A stretch of 63,972 nt of DNA, filler included, from Octopus bimaculoides (Eukaryota), in NCBI RefSeq assembly GCF_001194135.2. It is 4 parts of 4 records of this genome, joined end to end, with 100 filler letters (N's around TTAATTAATTAA, not from the genome) between each part and the next. Parts side by side here need not be neighbours in the genome. Positions count along the whole stretch, not along the records: positions 23,707 to 44,647 come from NC_068981.1; 3 more parts are not named here. The stretch is one strand, 5' to 3'. Position numbers and translations under genes: made by a program. Below, piece by piece: positions 24,779-37,713 of the stretch. The first letter of the stretch is position 1, and every line of letters begins with the position of its first letter. The notes beneath the pieces are model-generated. The model was not told the origin of the DNA and made no database searches. It was given only the letters and a program-made list of their open reading frames with translations.

Positions 24779-25365
24779 TTTTGTCACTAGTGATGACCTT
24801 CGAAAAACGGTCCGGATCAACTTTAATCTGTTTTTTCAGCTCACGACACGCATTCAGTCGTGAACTGCTTTTGATATTTCGTGAACAAGCGAAGCACAGA
24901 TTTTGCTGCAACTCTTTTCATTCGCAATTCCTCGCTCAAAATTCGTTGGTAGGAACTCCAGGACACACCAATTCTCCAAGATCAGTTCATGTATTTTCAT
25001 GATGTTTTCATTCGTTCGGGAAGTTGACAGTCGCCATGAACGAGGCTGGTCCTAAAGCAACAAGCATGGAAACCATTTGTAAACTTGCGTCTTTGTAATT
25101 TGTTTCGGCTGCCGTTTTCCTTAGCAGAAAACAATTTCACGGAAGCACGCTGTTCCTCCCCTCCAATCTTCGCAAAAATCGACGAACACGGAAAAAGCGC
25201 TAGAAAAGAAAGACTCACTACGTGGCAGTACGACTACACCTGAAGGTACCAGTCGGCAGACTAATGCTTGAGAGACGCATCAAGTGGGTTTTAGCGGCGG
25301 AAGCCTGAACTACAAAGGGTTTGTCCCACAGAGAACATTTCCGCTTACTTTTGGCTAACCTCTCA
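24779..25365 (-). mobile_element. Mariner (Tc1/mariner) transposon 5' half, pseudogenised
   Basis: TA + TGAGAGGTTAGCCAAAAGTAAGCGG TIR-like end; EQRASVK, KTQVYKWF, DQPRSWRLSTSRTNENI, GVSWSSYQRILSEELRMKRVAAK, CRELKKQIKVDPDRFSKVITSDKS (cf. VITGDESW). Confidence 0.85.
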
Positions 25366-25789
25366 TATATCAAAAGGTTAATGGTTTGTAGGTTGTTTTC
25401 ATACCTCTGGACTGTGTGGTCATCATATATTTGCTTGTTATTTAATTTTATTGTCTCTAATTCTGATTTACTGGGTTCTTTACTAATAGTGGTGTTGTAT
25501 GGCGTGTCACTCAAATTAAGGTTGTGGGTCTACTGAGATGTATCATTCCAGATTACTTGTAAGACATCCACAAGTTTTTGATGCTCTTCTGTTTAACACA
25601 ATATAGTTGTGAGTTTTAGCTATATTGTTGGTGTATTGTTTACTGATAGATTTATCTGATCGTTTAGTTTGTTCATAAGTGGAAGTGGGGTGGTTATCTT
25701 CAATGGCTAGCTTTTTTGTGTCGGCCTGCTTTAATCAGTCATTTCTGTTAGATATATCAATTTACATCTAATGATAGGTTTCGCTTGTT

Positions 25790-26060
25790 CACTTGAAATA
25801 TTGGTTTCTTTTCGGTATATGGGGTGAGGAAATATGTACTTATTGTTAAGATCGTAGGTCCATTGTATCGTAGTCTCGATTTGGTCGGAGACTTAGACCT
25901 ATAATGTTCAGCCATGGTGATTTTGTCTATTCACCGATATCTGTATATGTCATTCAAAATAGAAAATGATCTTCTTTAAAAGATTCAACAAAGTTTTGCC
26001 AGAATTAAATTTAAAGTTGTTCGCAGTTAGGATAATCTTTCCTTTCAGTCTCTTTTTAAT
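25790..26060 (-). mobile_element. Possible Penelope-like (Neptune-type) linker / GIY-YIG relic
   Basis: IKKRLKGKII...NFKFNSGKTLLNLLKK resembles the Neptune linker KRNIIWFNPP..NVKTNxGKxFLxLxxKHF. EHY.GL...RLRYNG...RKETNIS resembles the GIY-YIG region. Confidence 0.3.
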
Positions 26061-26367
26061 TCTACAAGTGCACATATTGACCGGCGTTTGTCTTGTTCAT
26101 GAAATGTTTTGAAACATTACTTGACTTATATCTGTATGTACGAATCTTTATAGCGCTGTGTTTACATGAATTTGTTAAGATGTATGTATCTTTTATGTAG
26201 CTATACAGTAATGTTTAAAACATTTATATGGAAATATCCTTATGTAATATTACCGCACTCTGTAACTCAACTTTTCCAATAGTTGGCATGTTGCCTTCAT
26301 ATGAGCAATAATTATATCCGTCCGAGTATCGGACTCACCATAACGGTCACGTTGCATGTACGTATGT

Positions 26368-26674
26368 CATTGTTCAGTTTTATTTCAAGATATCTTGCCA
26401 ATAGACAAGGAGTCAGTTTCTAACCTAGATCCAAGGCTCCTTCAATGGATGTATGTATGTATGTATGTATGTATGTATGTATGTATGTATGTATGTATGT
26501 ATTCTTATGCATATAGTTGCATATCAAGACATGCTCACATATATTTAAATGATAAACCTCTGGAAAGTTTTACATATTTTACAGTTCCAGTGATGGATTG
26601 GATCTGTAGTCTTCGAATTAGCTTTCTCCTTTCTGGTTTTGAGAAGCCTAATTTCTCAAGATTGGTATTTAGGG
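26368..26674 (-). mobile_element. 5'-truncated copy of an H-related LINE, embedded in (CATA)n and with an internal (CATA)n in its 3' UTR
   Basis: SLNTNLEKLGFSKPERRKLIRRLQIQSITGTV..TFQRFII*; distal UTR GGAGCCTTGGATCTAGGTTAGAAACTG resembles the 3' UTR of copy H near 11.59-11.61 kb. Confidence 0.75.
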
Positions 26675-28852
26675 ATGTATGTATGTATGTATGTATGTAT
26701 GTATGTATGTAGGTAGGTAGGTAGGTAGGTAAGGCAGAAGCCCAACATAGTGACACCCAAAGGTCTGAAACTTTTAAAAGTTTAAAATACAGGCACAAAA
26801 ATACGGCACCCCTGGTTCAAATTCACTTATAAACATTGAATTCAAATCCTGTAATTACAGTACCCTATTATCTACTCTTCTTCACAGATGTCAAATGCCG
26901 GGTAGCTGAAGCAACAACACTGGTTCAACCCCCACTTATTATCCTTTAAGCTTACGTGAGTTTCTTTTTCAATATACATGTTTTTTTCTTAATCGTATAA
27001 CAAGTAGTCATATGTCAAGAAAACGTTGGTAAAAATCAGTCCCATTCTGTCGCTAAATTCTCGACAAAATACCAGTGTATTGTTATATGAGGTGCTGCAA
27101 TTTTATTCTTTTACTGTACTGAACTAAATCAACTGAGACTATGCTCAAGTTCCACATTCAATGGTTTAGATGATCAAATCACCATCGGCACTTATTTCTG
27201 TTGATAAACATCTTATCGATACTCATTTTCCAACACGCTGAGTGATGAGACGTAAAGTGACACCACAACACATAGCACCAACAATTGTTTTATTCGGTGT
27301 AAATGTAAACACGCACACACAGATACAGACACGCCCGCACAGACACACACATACCCTCTCATATATATGCACACACATACACACGCGTATTGATGGATGA
27401 AACATCAGAGTGTTGACCTAAAAATGACCGATCGATTTTACATTAAGGTCTCTTTGAAGCCACCTTAGTAATTTCCCATGCATTCAAGCTATGCCTAGAG
27501 AACATTTTGGTAAAAAAATGCCAAAATGTCTTTTGATGTTTAATGTTATTACACAAACGTACTGGCTCACATCAAGGGAGTTGCCCCGTGTCAGATCTGT
27601 TACGCTATGGTTTGATCAGCAGTTGCAATGCCTTTTTCAGGTAAGTTGATTGTTTAGCAAGATGCTTTCCATGTGTTTGAAAACTATTGATTCCATTACA
27701 TCACACATGCTGCTAAGTAATCAAAGATGTCTGAATTATGATGGATCAGGCCTAGAGTCGGTCTCATGTACAGAAGCAATATTTTACAATTGAAGTACAA
27801 GTAAAATAAAAGAGGCAAGGATATGTACGTTTAACGCAATATCTCTCTTCCGGATGCAGGCGGAAATTTGATGAAAATTGGTGGTTTTATCAGTTTTGAG
27901 ATTCCACGTTTTCTTTATGATCATTTTAGCGTTGAAAACCATTATAAGTATTGTGTTAAAAGGAAACCAAATCAGTTTTACTTGGACCTCATCGTTCCTA
28001 TTTAAATCTGGCACTACGAAAACGTCAAGTGAAAATGCCTTTACTTGCCTGAGATATTTCTAGTGAAGCTACACTAACTCTTGCAGTGTCTTCGTACTCA
28101 ACTTCATTTATCTATGTAGTCGTTGTCTTTGGACTTTGTTCTGGTATGGAGTCTGTCTGTGATAAAGAGGATGCCAATTGTGCAGTTTAAGCTCTGACTG
28201 TTAGATGTAAGTTATTCCGAATAATAGAAAGGACCTAAAAGCAGTTGTACTTTCCTATCTTACTCCTGTTTGACCCGTTAGGCGGATCAGCTGCTGAGGA
28301 AAAGTGATACTATACTTCGGTTTTTCTGTTGTCGTGCAGAGCCAAACACAAGGGTTTGTGTTACTCAGATTAGTCTTAAGGTTGCTAGCGAACTCAAAAG
28401 CGATCTCATGTCTCTGGAAGGTTGAAAACTAGGTTGAGTTATGAGTAGGAGAGTCTCTGAAAACAGAATGGGTTAATCATGATTCAAGCCAGGATTTTTC
28501 CAACATTTATCAACACGATTCTTCTGTAGCTACCATTTCCTTTTTTTTTTTTTTTTTTATATCTTAGCTTTTTGAAGTTCGTAATGTGTATGTACACATA
28601 CGAAGAAAAGAAGAAAACAGTAATACAGAAATTAATGTAAACAACCCATAAGAAATTATTATGATTATTATTATAATTAAAGAAGAAATAAATTGTTATA
28701 GTTTCTTTTTGTTCATTTCATCTAAATATTTTCTTTTCTTCTCTGTTTACCGCCATCATTGTTTATTTCGCGATGTTGCTTGTTTGTTTTATTCTTCTTG
28801 TATGTATTCTTTGACCGATTTTTCTAAACACAGTCGATAAATCTCTTTCTCC

Positions 28853-28899
<47 letters not shown>

Positions 28900-29382
28900 T
28901 TTCTCTTTCTTTCACATACACTCACACACTCACACATACACACACATGCGCACATACACATAATAAAAGCAGATGTGACAACAGTATCGCTGCAAGAAAA
29001 GGTGACAATACGAGTGAGTGAAAGACAAGGAAGGAAAAAAGACGTATGACAAAGTAGGGAAAGACCTTGGAACCATTGGATGACAGTTGCAGACTGATTT
29101 CCCAGAGCAATTTTTCTCATGTTTCAACATACGAAGAAATGAAAAAGGAAAGTAGGAAAAAAGGAAAAGAAGAGAAAATAAAATGAAAAGAGAGACAGTA
29201 CAAAATGAATTGAAATCGAAAACGTTAAGCGAATGGTTAGATGTTCGTCATAATTGTTTGTGTCTAACATTTTTAAAGTTAATTTGTTTTTTCTTTTTTC
29301 TTTTGTGTATTATTTGCTTCTGCTGCTGCAGCAGCAACAGTAGTAGTAGTAGTAATAATAGTATTATTATTATTATTATTAT

Positions 29383-29423
<41 letters not shown>

Positions 29424-30907
29424 TATGGTAATGGTTGTTCGCGTCTAATTGGTAGTGGTAGTTGTAGTGGTGGTGATAAAGCTGTTATTGGTGCTCCTAG
29501 CGCAAGTGGACATGACTGTGCTCATAGAAAAGATAAAATTGCTGGTGGTCATGGTGACAGTGGTGACAGTGGTGACAGCGGTGTTGGGTGGTGGTGGTGG
29601 TGGCGGTGGTGTCTGCGGTGGGTGGAGTTGTAGTTGAAGTGTGGTTAGTAAAGGATATAGTACAGTGCTGATTGAAGCGGTCGTGATTGGGGTTGGGAGG
29701 GTATGGAATTTCTTGAAGCGCTACCGAATGTCTAGCCGTTCTTGCTGTTGTTTCCCTATGTGTTTGCTATTCGGTAACCCTATTCACTTCTCTTGTACAC
29801 ACCAGTCATGCCGATAATTGGTGACATATGGTTAATACCCATAGATCCAGCCTTTTGACTATTGTACACCGCTTCTTGTTTGAAGTCTACAAATTGACGA
29901 GACATGTCATTGTTTTCCCATTTAGAGAAGAGTGTGACAGTCAGATCATATTGTCTTACCTCCGGTTTATTGTCTATGTAGTTATTGCTTTATTGTATAG
30001 CTCCATGATCGCTATGACAGGAAAGCAGTCAGTCAAAAGACTAGGTACAATATACATATCTATCGCTCTAAAAGTCACATACAAATAACTCATACATTCC
30101 GATATGCAGTGGTGGCTCTTTTTATGGTTTAAACTGACCGAGCTTTGAAGGACTAAACCTAAAACCAAAGATGTTCCTAGTCATAATAATCTTGTCTTTA
30201 ATCTAGAAATAGTACGTCTATGGGTTGACTACATTAACCAAAACAATAAGTTGCAAATCGTGTGAAGACGCATAATATTTATGATGTTGAGCCTTCGATT
30301 GTCAGGCCATGGATTCGACTTTTCAAACTAACGTTGTTTTTCTTTTGTGTTTTTCTGCAAGGTACTTCATGTCATGTTCTAGTACACTTCGACGCTGACA
30401 AATAATTGGTTGCATAATTACCGTGTAGCTGTTTGATTGCTGTCAAGTCAAGAAAATACGAAGCCGATGCCTCTTTTGTGTGATATACTGCATGAGTGCA
30501 GAATGATACTCTGGGCATCATACTTTCTTCATTATCCCACCTACTCTTGTATGTCTGTAAGTTTTCATGATGGCGATAGGGGAAGGAATGTAGGAGAACC
30601 CGGCGAGAGACAAAAGTTGCTAAACGGGCAGTGTTTAGGAACAACGAAGTTAATGATACTACGGATATTTTTACTTAAATTATTTTGTAAAATCAATAAA
30701 AGGAGTACAGTGGACTTGTATCATTTGCAACCAGGTTTTGTAACTAAGAAGATATAAAACTCTACTGTCTCTCATTAATTTCTTCCCTTTCTACTTTCCC
30801 CACGTTGGATTTTCAATTCCTCTAAACAAGTTCAGTGTGATCATTTTATCAATTTTATTAAACAATGCAAATCATGCTGATGCAGACCAATATCAGTCTA
30901 TGTTTGT

Positions 30908-31155
30908 TCTTTTAATCTTTTACTTGTTTCAGTCATTTGACTGCGGCCATGCTAGAGCACCTCCTTGAAAGGTTTTCGTCAAGTAAATCAACCTCCAGGA
31001 CTTATTTCTCAACCTAGTACTTATTCTAGCGGTGCCTTTAGCCGGACCGCTAAGTTATGGGGACGTAAACACACCAATAACAAGTATCAAGCGATGATAG
31101 ACGGAAAAACACAGGCACAAACACACAGACAGACAGACAGACAGACAGATGGATG

Positions 31156-31203
<48 letters not shown>

Positions 31204-31330
31204 CGACGGTTTCTCTGTTTCCGTCTACCAAATCCACTATCAAAGCTTTTGGTCGGCCCGAGGCTATAGTAGGAGACACATGCCCAAGGTGCCATGCAGT
31301 GGGACTGAACCCGGAACCAAGTGGTTAGGA
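30908..31330 (-). mobile_element. Octopus-type tRNA-derived SINE with internal (GACA)/(GATA)n
   Basis: Collinear with the 48184-48582 copy. Confidence 0.9.
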
Positions 31331-32720
31331 AGCTTGTTTGTTCATATTTTTGAGTGAACGTGTACTGTTTTAATTTTGGTTAACATGACTCGGTGGGAGG
31401 GGAACAATTTTAGAGTTATAGCTAAAGGTGTCTCAAGTGGGTTTGGGGATTTACTATTAATCATATTCGTAAAACCAACGTTTGGGGGCGGGGCTAATGC
31501 GCCAAATGAAAATTAACTGTAATAATGAGAAAACCCGTAAAAGAGGTTTCCTCAATAGTACATTTGTCATTAGTACATTTCCAATTAGAGAAAATTTCAC
31601 CCATCCTGCTAGAAATAGCAGTTTAAATATCTCTCAAACAATACGCTACGTTCTTAACATAGTAAAAGTACAGTGAATTCTGTAGTTCTAGATATCTTAT
31701 GTGAAGAAAAATAACACAGAAGAAATTTTCGAAGCTGGAATGCTCCTGATCATAGGTATACTCATTCAGGACTGATTTGAAGCTAAACAACAACAAAAAC
31801 GAAAACAGCATCAACAACAAAAAGAACAAAAACAACGACTCCTAGAAAATTCAGGCACTGTTTCGTCTTAAACCTTTCTTTCTTTGCATGGGTAAACTAT
31901 AGTTGTGGTCCGTCTGAATCGCGTGGTTCTGTGAAATATATTATTTCCTGTTCTTGCAAGTTTGTTGTGAGTAGTCGTTGGGACAGAGGCAAAACTGCTA
32001 TGATTCCTGCTCAATAAAATAAGATGCTTATACATTAATGTGATGGCTTCTTTTTATTGACATAAAGCTCGTAACTCTGAGTGCCCTGAATATAAGAAAA
32101 TATTGCAATTTGCTGAAGCATCGTAAATGATGTAAATGACATATAGGATTTTCAAAGAATAACGTTACAGCGATATAGGCGCGAAGTAAAGTAAAACATG
32201 TAATGTAATGTCAATAAGTGAAAACAAAGAGATAATCTATTGAATTACTTATCATAGATTGTTTAACGATCTAATAATATTTGGGGAAAAAGCCCCCTTT
32301 TCATCTAAAGGAAAGAAAATAACAAAGAGCGCAGAGGTTAAGAAAAAGGTACTTTAACTAGCAAGCCATTGTACAGAGTTGTGTTGTATTCTAAATAAGT
32401 TGATGGAAGGTTATTTTACTTTCTTTGTTAAGTTTTTCACATCTTATAGCGGTATGGTACGTAATTCGTAGTAATTTCATCGCAGCCGCTTGTGTATATG
32501 AGTGTACCTGTGTGATGAGATGAGTAAGCGGATCTGTTATGATCATTATGATACTGACTAATATTAATCCCCACTCGAACGTGAATGTTCTGTTGGAACA
32601 AACTTTACTGCAGTACACACCATGAGAGAAACTTTCATATAGACTTTTGGTGCCAAATACACGCGATATAAACAAGAGTGCATTCTATGTGAGAGATTCT
32701 CACACGGTATCTACCACAGC

Positions 32721-33074
32721 GTGGAGGCGCAATGGCCCAGTGGTTAGGGCAGCGGACTCGCGGTCATAGGATTGCGGTTTCGATTCCCAGACCGGGCGTT
32801 GTGAGTGTTTATTGGGCGAAAACACCTAAAGCTCCACAAGGCTCCGGCAGGGGATGGTGGTGAACCCTGCTGTACTGTTTTACTTCCTGTTTCTGTTGTG
32901 CCTGTAATTCAAAGGGTCAGCCTTGTCACACTGTGTCACACTGAACATCACCGAGAACTACGTTAAGGGTACACGTGTCTGGGTACACTTGTACGTTAAT
33001 TTCAAGAGCAGGCTGTTCCGTTGATGGGATCAGCTGGAACCCTCGACGTCGTAATCGACGGAGTGCCAACAACA
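32721..33074 (+). mobile_element. Full-length tRNA-derived SINE with a 12-bp target-site duplication
   Basis: A box TGGCCCAGTGG, B box GGTTTCGATTCCC; ATCTACCACAGC at 32709-32720 and 33075-33086. Confidence 0.92.
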
Positions 33075-33479
33075 ATCTACCACAGCAAAATTTGTCCTGA
33101 CAGATAATTCACGTTTTAGTGGAGATAAATAATACCTCGTGATATTAATACTGCCTCTGTAGGTGTTACTTTAAAATCTGTTTTTAAGAAACTGGAAGAA
33201 AATATTAACAATCGAAAATTTGTGTCCTTATTCAGAATCGTTATTGTGATGGTGGTGGATTAAAGTGATGAACTTAAATGCTTTCTGTGTGCGTTTTATT
33301 TATTGATTGATTGATCTATTTGTTTATTTATTTATATGTTTATTTATTTATTTTATTTTGCTGACGGCAATACTTAATCATACTAGACGTTTGTGAGTGT
33401 GTGTGTGTGTTTTTTTTTTTTTTTTAGTTTAGTTTAAGTTCGGTATTATACTCGTCATCATAATCTACGTCATTACGAC

Positions 33480-33750
33480 TGTTATGAAGCTACCACCGCT
33501 GATATCACCATCGGCAGCAGCAGCAGCAGCAGCAGCATCATATCGCCGGCATCGTCGTCGTTATCATCATTATCATCATTATCGTCGTCGTCGTCGTCTT
33601 CAATTTCATTACAGTGACAGCCTTGATAATTATTATTATCATCATATTCGTCTTCATTGTCAACATCATTAAAAATACTGCCAAACACCACCATCAATCA
33701 TCATCATCACCACCATCATCATCATCAACATCATCATCATCAACATCATC

Positions 33751-33789
<39 letters not shown>

Positions 33790-33824
33790 TTCATCATCAT
33801 CATCATCACCATCATCATCATCAA

Positions 33825-33868
<44 letters not shown>

Positions 33869-34363
33869 CCATCATCATCATCAACATCATCTTCATCATC
33901 ATCATCATCATCATCAACATCATCATCATCATCATCATCATCACCATCATCATTATTATCATCATCGTCATCATCATCATCATCATCATCAATCTCGTTG
34001 TTGTCACAGTCATCATAATTATTTTCATCACGGCTACAGCCATCACCTTCATTGTCACCGTCTTCCCCCCCCCTTGTGTGTGTCATTAACACCATCGTCG
34101 TCAGCATCATTAACATCGTTATCATCCGATACATCATGGTAGATCGTCTTTTATCATACTCTCCTAAGATCTTTAGCATCAGTATTCAAACTAACATCTT
34201 TTAACTCCATCACCAACTCAACTACTATCACTGCCATCATCGTAATGGCCATTTATGTTACTAAAACTATCATCACCTCATCAACACCGTCACTATTATC
34301 ATCATCTCCATCATCATCATCATCATCGTCGTCTTTATCATCATCATCATCATCGTCGTCTTT

Positions 34364-34425
<62 letters not shown>

Positions 34426-34473
34426 TATCATCATCATCATCACCATCACATCATCATCGTGATCATCATCATC

Positions 34474-34505
<32 letters not shown>

Positions 34506-34758
34506 CATCATCATCACCATCACATCATCATTGTGATTATCATCAACGTTATCATCATCATCATCGTCGTCGTCGTCGTCTTCGTCATCATCATCATCAT
34601 TATCGCCATGATCCTTAGTTTTACTGTCGAGTGCTATCAACATCAATCATCCGCGACGGAATCATCATTCTCATCTTGATGTATCCGCATTCCTCTTCGC
34701 TTCTTCTTACTCCTTCTTCTTCCTCAGTTTGTCAGTTGCCACAACCACCACCACCACT

Positions 34759-34795
<37 letters not shown>

Positions 34796-34830
34796 GCATT
34801 GTCATCGTCACCATCACTATTACCATCGAC
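33480..34830. repeat. ~1.35-kb degenerate (CAT)n / (CGT)n / (CAC)n trinucleotide field
   Basis: Directly visible; produces spurious poly-H, -S, -D and -M ORFs. Confidence 0.95.
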
Positions 34831-35249
34831 GTATATACACAGTTATTAATATACGCAAGTTTTGTGGGGAAGGAAAAAATGTATTTCTAATGTTTTCATT
34901 AGGATAATGGTCGTAATTCCAGTGGCAACTGATAAGAATAGCAATTTATTTTCAAAGTGTCCTCTCTTCTCTCTCCAGGCAGGTACCAGGCGGGTACTGA
35001 AGGAAAGGATAGCGGGGGAAAGGACGAATTCAGTGTAGGCGGTTGCAGGGAGTGGGGGAATGCATGTGTTCTTTCTCTCGTTTAAAACAAAAAAATAATA
35101 GAGAACTATTTTATCGATCTGCGCTGGCTCGGAGGCAAAGAGACAAAGATATCCTCTCCGAAAGCACGTGCATGTTATTTTGTCATTCGGTTTCTTATCT
35201 TCATTTTTACACAGAATCAACGCGATTTGATTTAAACCTTCTTTTTTGT

Positions 35250-35287
<38 letters not shown>

Positions 35288-35505
35288 GTACACACACAGG
35301 TGCACAACCAGGTACACACATATACACAAACACACAAATCCGCGCAAACACACACATTAGCAAACTAACGCCACCAGAAATCTCTCTCCCATTTTCTCTC
35401 TCTCTCTCTCTNNNNNNNNNNNNNNNNNNNNNNNNNNNNNNNNNNNNNNNNNNNNNNNNNNNNNNNNNNNNNNNNNNNNNNNNNNNNNNNNNNNNNNNNN
35501 NNNNN

Positions 35506-35559
<54 letters not shown>

Positions 35560-36010
35560 ACCCTCTCGCATGGAACACGTTTTCATTGTAATTTGTGCGT
35601 GCATGAGCGCGAATATTGGGTGTGTATATATCTGAAAGCAAACAGCATTTCTTGTCAGCAGAAAAGAGTGAAATTAACTTATTACAGATGCCTTGTTTCT
35701 TTCGGAATTGCTGTTGTTAGTTAACTAACAGAAAAGGAAAAAAAGATGAAAAGAAAAGCAAGAACAGAAGTAGAAGCCATAGCAGCAAGAACAACGACAA
35801 TAATAAAAATGATATCTATATAAAAAATTATTATTGTTATTATTAACAGTATTATTATTATAAAAGAAATGGGAAATGATAGAAATATTAAAGATGAAGA
35901 AACTACGTTGAATTGTGCATGGATGACTGATAAACACATATGTACATATATATGCATGTATGTATATAAGTATATATATATATATGTATAATATATATAT
36001 ATATATATAT

Positions 36011-36072
<62 letters not shown>

Positions 36073-36344
36073 CGATAGATGGATAGATAGATAGATAGAT
36101 AGATAAAGATATATATATGTACGTATGCATATATATATATATGTATATGTATATATGTATGTATGTATGTATATATTTATATACATATATATTTTTTTAA
36201 TATATGTATATATGTATGTATATATATTTAGATATATATATATATACAATATATCTATATATATATAATAACATAAATAATATATAAATGTCTACATATA
36301 TCCATACATATATGTACATACCTACATCTATATCTATATATACA

Positions 36345-36381
<37 letters not shown>

Positions 36382-36506
36382 NNNNNNNNNNNNNNNNNNN
36401 NNNNNNNNNNNNNNNNNNNNNNNNNNNNNNNNNNNNNNNNNNNNNNNNNNNNNNNNNNNNNNNNNNNNNNNNNNNNNNNNNNNNNNNNNNNNNNNNNNNN
36501 NNNNNN

Positions 36507-36559
<53 letters not shown>

Positions 36560-36730
36560 CTCTTTCTTTTCCCCTCTCTCTCTATCTCTCTTCCGCTTTA
36601 TATACATATATCTGGTTGATAGTCACAGCAGTAATACCAAACCTTTCTACAAAAGAATCTCTACAGGCATACATATCGATAAATACATGCAAATACGCAC
36701 AAACACACACACACACACACAAACACTCAT

Positions 36731-36789
<59 letters not shown>

Positions 36790-37680
36790 GAGCACATCTG
36801 CGTATGCATTAATATATATAGATCTTTATATGAATGACGTTCACAAATATTTCTATTTGAATACGGAGTTGTGTGTATAGGTGTATTCTTCTATGTGCAT
36901 GCATATGTGCGTATATATATGGCTGTTATATATGTGCACATAGCTTCACAAATTCATGCACACATATACCGCTGCATATATTAGTGAGTTACATACATGT
37001 ATGCGTGTAAAAATTATAGCGGATATTAATGATAAAACTAGACAAATTTGTATCGTAATTAGGACAATGTATTTAAATATGCAGAGAAATAAATCCCCAT
37101 GTATATGCATATATGTGTGCATATATATGAATATAATACATTTAAATACAGAATTATGTATGTATACATACTTACATATATATATATATANNNNNNNNNN
37201 NNNNNNNNNNNNNNNNNNNNNNNNNNNNNNNNNNNNNNNNNNNNNNNNNNNNNNNNNNNNNNNNNNNNNNNNNNNNNNNNNNNNNNNNNNNNNNNNNNNN
37301 NNNNNNNNNNNNNNNNNNNNNNNNNNNNNNNNNNNNNNNNNNNNNNNNNNNNNNNNNNNNNNNNNNNNNNNNNNNNNNNNNNNNNNNNNNNNNNNNNNNN
37401 NNNNNNNNNNNNNNNNNNNNNNNNNNNNNNNNNNNNNNNNNNNNNNNNNNNNNNNNNNNNNNNNNNNNNNNNNNNNNNNNNNNNNNNNNNNNNNNNNNNN
37501 NNNNNNNNNNNNNNNNNNNNNNNNNNNNNNNNNNNNNNNNNNNNNNNNNNNNNNNNNNNNNNNNNNNNNNNNNNNNNNNNNNNNNNNNNNNNNNNNNNNN
37601 NNNNNNNNNNNNNNNNNNNNNNNNNNNNNNNNNNNNNNNNNNNNNNNNNNNNNNNNNNNNNNNNNNNNNNNNNNNNNNNN

Positions 37681-37713
<33 letters not shown>

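Noticed and set aside
27590-27640. Strong donor CAG|GTAAGT, and a similar acceptor/donor pair at 30361-30557
   Set aside because: No consistent open exon with a good acceptor could be defined.
32721-32800. tRNA gene calls at A/B-box heads (also 18500 and 48500-48582)
   Set aside because: There is no complete cloverleaf, and each head continues into a SINE body; one has a TSD.
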